Assembly (NCBI GenBank): GCA_963675785.1
Contig: OY776562.1
Location: 1,952,001 to 2,016,000, forward strand
Direction of reading: 5' to 3'
Source: Anaerolineae bacterium
GTDB taxonomy: Bacteria > Chloroflexota > Anaerolineae > UBA1429
DNA: 64,000 nucleotides
Below, one piece after another: positions 57,609-64,000 of the stretch (positions are counted from its first letter, which is position 1; each line of letters starts with the position of its first letter). The notes beneath the pieces were generated by a model, which was not told the DNA's origin, searched no databases, and saw nothing but the letters and a program-made list of their open reading frames with translations. Made by a program: the position numbers and the translations under genes.

Positions 57609-59375
57609 ATGTACAAAACACACACTTGCGGCCAGTTGCGCCTTTCGGACGCTGGCAGCACCGTAACACTGGCTGGTTGGGTACACAGGCGCCGGGACCA
57701 TGGCAATCTCATTTTCATAGACCTTCGCGATCGTTGGGGTCTGACACAGATCGTTTTCAACCCTGATACCAATCCTGATGCGCACAGTGTGGCTCAGTCT
57801 GTGCGCAACGAGTACGTCATCCAGGTGACCGGTATTGTCAACGCCCGTCCAGAGGGCCTATCCAATAATAATCTCGATACCGGCGACATCGAAGTTATCG
57901 TACAGACCATCCATATCTTGAACGAATCCAAGACGCCTGTCTTTTATATCAACGAAGAAAGCGACGTTGACGAATCGCTACGCCTCAAGTATCGCTATCT
58001 CGATCTGCGCCGCCCCCGGATGCAGCATAACCTTGTGCTGCGACATCAGGTATGCGCGGGCATTCGCAACTATTTGAACGACAATGATTTCGTCGAAATC
58101 GAGACACCTATCCTCATCAAGAGCACCCCTGAAGGCGCTCGTGACTATGTGGTGCCCAGCAGATTGCATGAAGGCAAATTCTACGCCTTGCCACAATCGC
58201 CACAGCAACTCAAGCAATTGCTCATGGTAGCTGGTTTCGAGCGTTATTATCAGATCGCCCGCTGCTTCCGCGATGAAGATCAGCGCGCTGATCGTCAGCC
58301 TGAGTTCACCCAGCTCGACTTGGAGATGTCCTTCATCGAGCAAGAGGACATTTTGCAGCTCATGGAACCCATGTTTGTCAAGCTGGTCGAGTTGATCCCG
58401 GAAAAGCATATCAGGCAAGTGCCTTTCCCGCGATTCACCTATGACGAAGCAATGGATCGTTATGGTTCGGACAAGCCGGATATTCGTTTTGAGATGTTCC
58501 TCATCGACCTCTCGGAGCTCGTTGCCGACTGTGGATTCCGCGTCTTTAGTGAAGCCGTCGCCACAGGCGGGCAGGTCAAAGCTATTTGTGTGCCCGGTTG
58601 CGCTGATTATACCCGGCGCCAATTGGACGAGTTGACCGAAATCACCAAGACCTACGGTGCCAAGGGTATGGCCTGGGCCGCAGTAAATGATGAGGGTGTA
58701 CGTTCTTCGATCACCAAGTTTTTCTCTGAAGAAGAGATGGCCACTATTCTAGAGCGCGTCGGCGCTTTAACAGGTGACCTAGTGCTCTTTGTAGCCGATA
58801 CCAAGATGGTGGTAGCCGCAGCCCTGGGCGGCTTGCGCAGTGAGATGGGCAAGCGGCTCCATTTAACAGAAAAAGATGAATTAGCCTTTGCCTGGGTGAC
58901 CGACTTTCCACTGCTGGAATGGAACGAGGAAGAGGGGCGCTATACGGCCATGCACCATCCCTTTACTTCACCAGCCGATACGGATGTCGAGTTATTGACC
59001 ACCGATCCTGGCAAGACCAAAGCCAAAGCTTATGACATTGTGGCGAACGGCTATGAAGTGGGCGGCGGGAGCATCCGTATCTACCGTCGCGAGGTACAAC
59101 GCGCCATGTTTCGGGCTATCGGCATTGATGATGTTCAGGCTCAAGAGCAGTTTGGGCACATGCTGGAAGCCTTTGAGTACGGCGCACCGCCCCACGGCGG
59201 CATTGCTCTCGGCCTGGATCGTTTGGTTATGCTCCTCGCCGGTGAGCCCAATATCCGCGAGGTTTTGGCCTTTCCCAAAACACAAAGTGCTGTTGACTTG
59301 ATGACTCAGGCGCCATCGAGCATCTCGGAACGCCAGCTAAAGGATCTGCACATCAAGCTCGACCTCGACGACTAA
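57609..59375 (+). CDS. aspS: Aspartate-tRNA ligase, probably non-discriminating
   Basis: [32 protein letters not shown]; RRDHG and RPEG. Confidence 0.97.
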   Translation: MYKTHTCGQLRLSDAGSTVTLAGWVHRRRDHGNLIFIDLRDRWGLTQIVFNPDTNPDAHSVAQSVRNEYVIQVTGIVNARPEGLSNNNLDTGDIEVIVQTIHILNESKTPVFYINEESDVDESLRLKYRYLDLRRPRMQHNLVLRHQVCAGIRNYLNDNDFVEIETPILIKSTPEGARDYVVPSRLHEGKFYALPQSPQQLKQLLMVAGFERYYQIARCFRDEDQRADRQPEFTQLDLEMSFIEQEDILQLMEPMFVKLVELIPEKHIRQVPFPRFTYDEAMDRYGSDKPDIRFEMFLIDLSELVADCGFRVFSEAVATGGQVKAICVPGCADYTRRQLDELTEITKTYGAKGMAWAAVNDEGVRSSITKFFSEEEMATILERVGALTGDLVLFVADTKMVVAAALGGLRSEMGKRLHLTEKDELAFAWVTDFPLLEWNEEEGRYTAMHHPFTSPADTDVELLTTDPGKTKAKAYDIVANGYEVGGGSIRIYRREVQRAMFRAIGIDDVQAQEQFGHMLEAFEYGAPPHGGIALGLDRLVMLLAGEPNIREVLAFPKTQSAVDLMTQAPSSISERQLKDLHIKLDLDD

Positions 59376-59386
59376 GTAAAACGACA

Positions 59387-59415
59387 GAGGGGCATCCTTA
59401 CGGATGCCCCTTTTT
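59387..59415 (+). terminator. aspS terminator
   Basis: AGGGGCATCC-TTAC-GGATGCCCCTTTTT. Confidence 0.85.
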
Positions 59416-59485
59416 GTTGCTCACACATAGGCTGCAAAATGGAACGAATGTTTTGTGTCCATGGCGGCTTGTGGTATCCTTACGG

Positions 59486-59652
59486 CGTAATCCCTACCAT
59501 GTACGTGATCTTCTGTTGTTTTGAGCTGCTTTTTTGGTCTAGGGAGCCGGGGATTGCGGCCGCTTTTCGGGCTATCGCCCTGAGCGACCCACAGGCACCC
59601 ACCTGCATTCGCAGGTTCAAGACCCTGGAGACACGGCAAGGTGGGGATTACG
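59486..59652 (+). ncRNA. ssrS: 6S RNA
   Basis: Closing stem CGTAATCCCTACC/GGTGGGGATTACG; AGGGAG and CACCCACCTG..CAGGTTCAA motifs; extended -10 TGGTATCCT upstream; located downstream of aspS like B. subtilis bsrA. Confidence 0.8.
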
Positions 59653-59656
59653 TATG

Positions 59657-60490
59657 CTAGGGTGTTGTGTTGCCTAGAATTTCCTCTCGGATTTCCCTCA
59701 GAGCTTCTTGACTTGCCTCTGTTCCAGTCGTACATCTTTGCAGACAAGTAACAAAGGCCCCCATCATTGCCGTTAACACGCTATCAGCCGTTGCAGGATC
59801 TGGATCGACAAGTGTACATGCCAAAGCAAGCTCGGCATAACGCGCACAGGGAGCCAATGGTGAAAGCGCCAGACAAAGCGTACGCGCACCTCTCGCATTA
59901 GCTGCTTTTATCACCTTTGCGACCATGCTACAATCCGTTGTAGATGAAAGACAAAGAACGAGCAGCCCTTCGTTGGCCCGTGCGATTCTGGCATAGAGCG
60001 TCGGAGAATCGATGGGCGGCGAGAATACAGGCTTGCCCAACATGCTAAGATGATTAGCAAGCAGTCTGGCATGGCCAAAAGAGGCCCCCTGAGAAACGAC
60101 CAAAACCTGCTCGGCCGATTGCACCATATTGCAGGCTTTTTCGATTGCCTCTGCGGGAATCTGGCTGGCAACACGGCGCAACAGCACCGATTGCTGCAGC
60201 AAAGCCTCACTGAACAGACTCGCTTTGGTCTGACAGCCTGTGGTTGATGCTGAGGCATCAAGATCTTGCAGGACAATGGTACGCACATCTTCGACCAGGT
60301 CTGGGTAGCCAGGATAGCCTAGTCTCTGTGCAAAACGAATAACTGTCGCTTCATTCACATCGACATTTTGCGCAAGTTCTGAAGCTGTCATGAATGCCAC
60401 ATCGTGATATGATGAGACAATATAGTCAGCCAGCCGCATCTGACTCTTGGTGAGTTCTGGATACAGCTGCCTGATGCGTTCAAGAATCAT
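59657..60490 (-). CDS. MurR/RpiR family regulator
   Basis: LTKSQMRLADYI, ATVIRFAQRLGYPGY; SIS domain. Confidence 0.9.
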   Translation of the reverse strand: MILERIRQLYPELTKSQMRLADYIVSSYHDVAFMTASELAQNVDVNEATVIRFAQRLGYPGYPDLVEDVRTIVLQDLDASASTTGCQTKASLFSEALLQQSVLLRRVASQIPAEAIEKACNMVQSAEQVLVVSQGASFGHARLLANHLSMLGKPVFSPPIDSPTLYARIARANEGLLVLCLSSTTDCSMVAKVIKAANARGARTLCLALSPLAPCARYAELALACTLVDPDPATADSVLTAMMGAFVTCLQRCTTGTEASQEALREIREEILGNTTP

Positions 60491-60608
60491 CGAGTTCCCC
60501 CCTATTTCTAAGCATCGATGATGAACCATCCATTCGGCATAATGCTTGACATTGATAATGTGGTATGTTATTCTCTCGTCTCTCAAAGGTTCCGAGAGTG
60601 AGGTGAAG

Positions 60609-61439
60609 GTGCGCGTCGACCGAGTTGAAGAGAATGTCTATGTTTTTGTGAGTGAGCTATATGCCCAAGTCACGGCTACCGGCGTATTGACCTCTGAAGG
60701 CGCATTTCTGATTGACACCATGCCCTTTCCTTCAGAAACCCGGCAGATCATGGATTTTTTTCAAGAGCGACTAGGGCCTGACAGCATTCGCTATGTGGTA
60801 AATACCCATCACCACGCAGACCATGTCTACGGCAACTGCTTTATCGAGAGCGCAGAAATCGTTGCCCACCAGCGCTGCCGCGAGATCATGGCGCGTGTGG
60901 GCCAGACAAGTCTGAAACGCGCAAAACAAAGTACCCCGGCCCTGGCGGATGTAGAACTCCGCCTTGCCGATATCACCTTTCAGCGAGACCTAAGCCTTAC
61001 TCTAGGTGAAAGCACTGTGGATCTCATGCATATGCCAGGGCATACGCCAGACACGATAGCTGCCTATGTTCGCGAGATCAAGGCGTTGGTGGCCAGTGAC
61101 ACCATCATGCCTATCCCCGTCATCACCTCAGGCTCGCTACCTCAACTTTGCCAAACACTCAAGGCTATATCGCTGTTCGAGCCCGACTTTGTCATCCAGG
61201 GGCACGGTGGTATTCTACTCAAGGGTGAAGTTGAAGAAACGGTCGATTCCAGCATAGCGTATCTTGACACCATTGATGAGCGCGTGCGCGATATCGTCAA
61301 CAACTCGATCTCGCCGAACCACTTGCGTGATATTGACATTGAAGATTGCGGCATTTCCCGCATCCCCCTCGACGGCCTGGTCAACAAGCTGCATCTGCAA
61401 AACCTGGTATCACTCTACGAACGCTACACCAGCACCTAA
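60609..61439 (+). CDS. MBL-fold metallo-hydrolase (cyclase-like)
   Basis: NTHHHADHVYGN, PGHTPD, QGHG; TTGACA-17-TATTCT promoter upstream. Confidence 0.88.
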   Translation: MRVDRVEENVYVFVSELYAQVTATGVLTSEGAFLIDTMPFPSETRQIMDFFQERLGPDSIRYVVNTHHHADHVYGNCFIESAEIVAHQRCREIMARVGQTSLKRAKQSTPALADVELRLADITFQRDLSLTLGESTVDLMHMPGHTPDTIAAYVREIKALVASDTIMPIPVITSGSLPQLCQTLKAISLFEPDFVIQGHGGILLKGEVEETVDSSIAYLDTIDERVRDIVNNSISPNHLRDIDIEDCGISRIPLDGLVNKLHLQNLVSLYERYTST

Positions 61440-61454
61440 GTGCGCTTGGTCCCT

Positions 61455-61814
61455 CTATACGCCAAACAGACCTCGTTGCTCGAGTGCATTCTGCAAGCGC
61501 TGCTGTGTGGATATGGGCGCGTTCTCAAGATCTATGCCAGCCTGCCGCAGAATGTCTAACGGATCGACGCCTTCAAACAACTCGGAATGAGAAAGCGTCT
61601 TTAAGGCCGCATCAAGTTCAGCACGCATCACAAAGAGCGCAAAAGTCATCGCCAAGGCATGTTCATAGGGATCAAAACTCCCCTGCGTAGTCTCCGCATA
61701 CGCCACGAGCCCATCTGCGAGCTGCAAGAGATCGTCGCAAAAGTTGATCCGGCCATTTTCCTCGAGCATCGCACCATCCCCTTGAGATTTACTGATCCGC
61801 TTTATCGCGATCAA
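61455..61814 (-). CDS. Hypothetical protein
   Basis: ORF downstream of map with plausible coding composition. Confidence 0.5.
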   Translation of the reverse strand: MIAIKRISKSQGDGAMLEENGRINFCDDLLQLADGLVAYAETTQGSFDPYEHALAMTFALFVMRAELDAALKTLSHSELFEGVDPLDILRQAGIDLENAPISTQQRLQNALEQRGLFGV

Positions 61815-61853
61815 GAATCATGCAATCAATTGCCGGATGTCTACATACAACGC

Positions 61854-62624
61854 TCAGGGCAGAGTTAGAATCTCTGGCTCGCCGTCGGTTATCGCAAGTG
61901 TATGCTCAAAATGGGCGCACAACCCGCCATCACTCGTCGCAACAGTCCAATAATCCGGCTTGACGTACAGATCTGGCGGGCCAATGGTAACCATCGGTTC
62001 CAGGGCAAAGGTCATGCCGCGGCGCAAACGCCGGCCGTGACACGGTGTACCCCAGTTGGGTATCTGCGGGTCTTCGTGCATCTCTCGCCCTACACCATGC
62101 CCGGTATATTCGCGCACCACCTCAAAGCCCTCACCCTCGATATAGGCCTGAATGGCAAACGATATATCCCCAAAGCGATTCCCTACCCGAGACGCCTCTA
62201 TACCGACCAACAAAGCGTGATAGGTTACCTCAAGCAAACGCTGTGCTTCTCGGCTGATTTTACCCACGGCAACGGTTAGGGCCGAATCGCCCACAAAGCC
62301 TTTCCAAACTGTGCCGCAATCAATACTAAAAATCTCGCCCGCACGCAGTTTGCGTTCTCCAGGTATGCCATGCACCAGTTCGTCATCCACACTGGCGTTA
62401 ATCGTGCCGGGATAAGGGTGCCCGGGGAAACTGCCATTCGGGTAATCGAGAAAAGCGGGCTCGGCATCGTGAGAACGAATATAGTCCTCAGCAATTGCAT
62501 CCAACTCGGCTGTCGTCACACCAGGGCGAACCGCCTTGACAACCGCATCAAGCGCTCCCGCATTAATGCGACCCGCTTCACGCATCATGGATACTTCGTT
62601 CGCACTCTTGATAATAATGGCCAT
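61854..62624 (-). CDS. map: Type I methionine aminopeptidase
   Basis: ELVHGIP, IDCG, GDSA, YTGHGVG, HEDP, ALEPMV, AHFEHT. Confidence 0.95.
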   Translation of the reverse strand: MAIIIKSANEVSMMREAGRINAGALDAVVKAVRPGVTTAELDAIAEDYIRSHDAEPAFLDYPNGSFPGHPYPGTINASVDDELVHGIPGERKLRAGEIFSIDCGTVWKGFVGDSALTVAVGKISREAQRLLEVTYHALLVGIEASRVGNRFGDISFAIQAYIEGEGFEVVREYTGHGVGREMHEDPQIPNWGTPCHGRRLRRGMTFALEPMVTIGPPDLYVKPDYWTVATSDGGLCAHFEHTLAITDGEPEILTLP

Positions 62625-62780
62625 CAAGCATCTCCCTAACAATAGTTGGGGAAAGTATACGCACCAAGCCGCTACTTCACAAGCCAGAGGGTTTTTACAG
62701 TATTCTAGCCTTGCATCATTTTGGCAGTCGCCTACAATGCAACCCATCTTTATCGAAATCGTGAAAGGATTGGCAGCAGA

Positions 62781-64000
62781 ATGGCACAGACTACTGAAAC
62801 CCAACACACGGCCTGCGGCGGAGCTATCATCAAGCCGTGGAAAGTTGTCGACATTGACAGAGAGTACGGTGGATGCTGGCTGGTAGCGGGAGATTTGACC
62901 GGAGACGGCGTCCCCGAACTGGTATCGGCGCAAAACTATAACGAAAACGACGTTCACTATACGAGCGCTGTGGCAGCACAGCGGCTGGATGGCAGTGTGC
63001 TGTGGCGCTGGGGGGACCCCACGGTTGGCCGCCGCAAGTTACATCACGATGTGGCCTGCCAGATTCACGATTGGGACGGCAACGGTTGTAACGACGTCAT
63101 TGTAGCTGCTGATGAGTACCTGATCGAGCTGGACGGCGCCACAGGCCAGGAAAAGCGCCGCATTCCCATTCCGGCACAGGCCAGCGATTGCGTTGTCTTT
63201 GCCGATTTCTCCGGCGTTGGCCGCAAGACGGATGTACTGGTCAAGACGCGTTACGGGCAGATCTGGGCCTATAACCAGGCAGGCAACCTTCTCTGGACCG
63301 TCGAAATGCCCGGCGGCTATAAGACGGCTCATCAGCCAGAACCCATTGACATCAACGGCGATGGCCGGGATGAGCTGATGGCGGGTTATGCCATGCTCAA
63401 TCCGAACGGTTCGGTACGCTGGGTATTCGAATCGCAGGTTACCGATCTCTCCCGAGGCCATCTCGATACTATGCGCGTGCTGCGCGCCGGCGAGAACCCT
63501 GAGGACTATCGTTTGGTGATTACCTGCTGCGGTGCCGAGAATATTGCCATGCTGGATGGCTGCGGGAAAGCCGTTTGGGAGTTGCCCGGCAAGCATTTTG
63601 AATCGCTGGATATCGGCCATTTCATTCCCGGTATGCCTGGCCTGCAAATCGCCGTCGATATCGATCATGTTCCCTGGGGCGAAAGCTATATCTGGCTCCT
63701 CGATGAGGGTGGCAAGCAGGTTGGCGAGTTCAAGACCGTCTACAGCCGTACCCATCGCGCGATCAAGTGGGATAAGAGCGGCCTGGATAGATTGGCAGTC
63801 GGGCAACCTCACGCATTCTACGATGCTCAGGGTAACGTCACCGCCACCTTTGAGATGGATGGCCAGGATTATTCTGTACAGGGAAGTCAGGGCATCAAGG
63901 CCATCGTTGGCGACATGACGGGCAACGGTCGGCCAGACTTGATTATAGCCACCGATGATACAGCTTTTATTTACCAGAATACCGAAGGACCGGTGGTCGG
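62781..64000 (+). CDS. FG-GAP/rhamnogalacturonan lyase 11-like beta-propeller protein, runs off the window end (absent from the ORF track)
   Basis: Manual translation from ATG62781: GDLTGDGVPEL, HDWDGNG, DINGDGRDEL, GDMTGNGRPDL repeats. Confidence 0.75.
   Translation, partial: MAQTTETQHTACGGAIIKPWKVVDIDREYGGCWLVAGDLTGDGVPELVSAQNYNENDVHYTSAVAAQRLDGSVLWRWGDPTVGRRKLHHDVACQIHDWDGNGCNDVIVAADEYLIELDGATGQEKRRIPIPAQASDCVVFADFSGVGRKTDVLVKTRYGQIWAYNQAGNLLWTVEMPGGYKTAHQPEPIDINGDGRDELMAGYAMLNPNGSVRWVFESQVTDLSRGHLDTMRVLRAGENPEDYRLVITCCGAENIAMLDGCGKAVWELPGKHFESLDIGHFIPGMPGLQIAVDIDHVPWGESYIWLLDEGGKQVGEFKTVYSRTHRAIKWDKSGLDRLAVGQPHAFYDAQGNVTATFEMDGQDYSVQGSQGIKAIVGDMTGNGRPDLIIATDDTAFIYQNTEGPVV

Noticed and set aside
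59421-59747. Short ORFs downstream of aspS
   Set aside because: They overlap the 6S RNA and have no coding motifs.
63039-63812. 257-aa minus-strand ORF
   Set aside because: It is the antisense shadow of the FG-GAP gene that runs off the window. Other long antisense or overlapping ORFs (e.g. 29989-30978, 51506-52522, 8832-9554) were rejected likewise.
1-64000. CRISPR array, cas genes, prophage, IS elements, rRNA
   Set aside because: No regularly spaced repeats, transposase/integrase/phage structural motifs or rRNA sequence were seen.

Overview
64-kb bacterial chromosome window with moderately high GC. The gene style (Pro/Thr/Ala-rich lipoproteins, double bPH_2 membrane protein, GT39-like protein) suggests Chloroflexota/Anaerolineae, but this is inference only. 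Core-like blocks: a phoB-phoR-pstS-pstC-pstA-pstB-phoU cluster (pstS carries a near-perfect internal duplication), a TetR + ABC-2 exporter with a perfect 36-bp operator palindrome, sugar-degrading enzymes (PL22, GH38, GH27, FG-GAP propeller), ltaE, rluD-like, lspA, non-discriminating aspS followed by a 6S RNA, an RpiR regulator and map. Two identical, complete tRNA-Asp(GTC) genes (22280-22356 and 51095-51171, both minus strand) each have accessory DNA directly downstream. The first is followed by a lone AT-rich restriction-endonuclease + nSTAND3-type NTPase gene, the best candidate for an uncharacterised single-gene anti-phage system. The second is followed by a ~19-kb patchwork of small Firmicutes-like genes. 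That patchwork includes a decayed duplicate of a hypothetical-dcd pair, a repeated 51-bp terminator/promoter module, a WxL/Csu-like surface-protein trio and an unexplained three-way-junction structure. No integrase, transposase, CRISPR array or rRNA was seen. All family assignments are from motif recognition by eye, not database searches.
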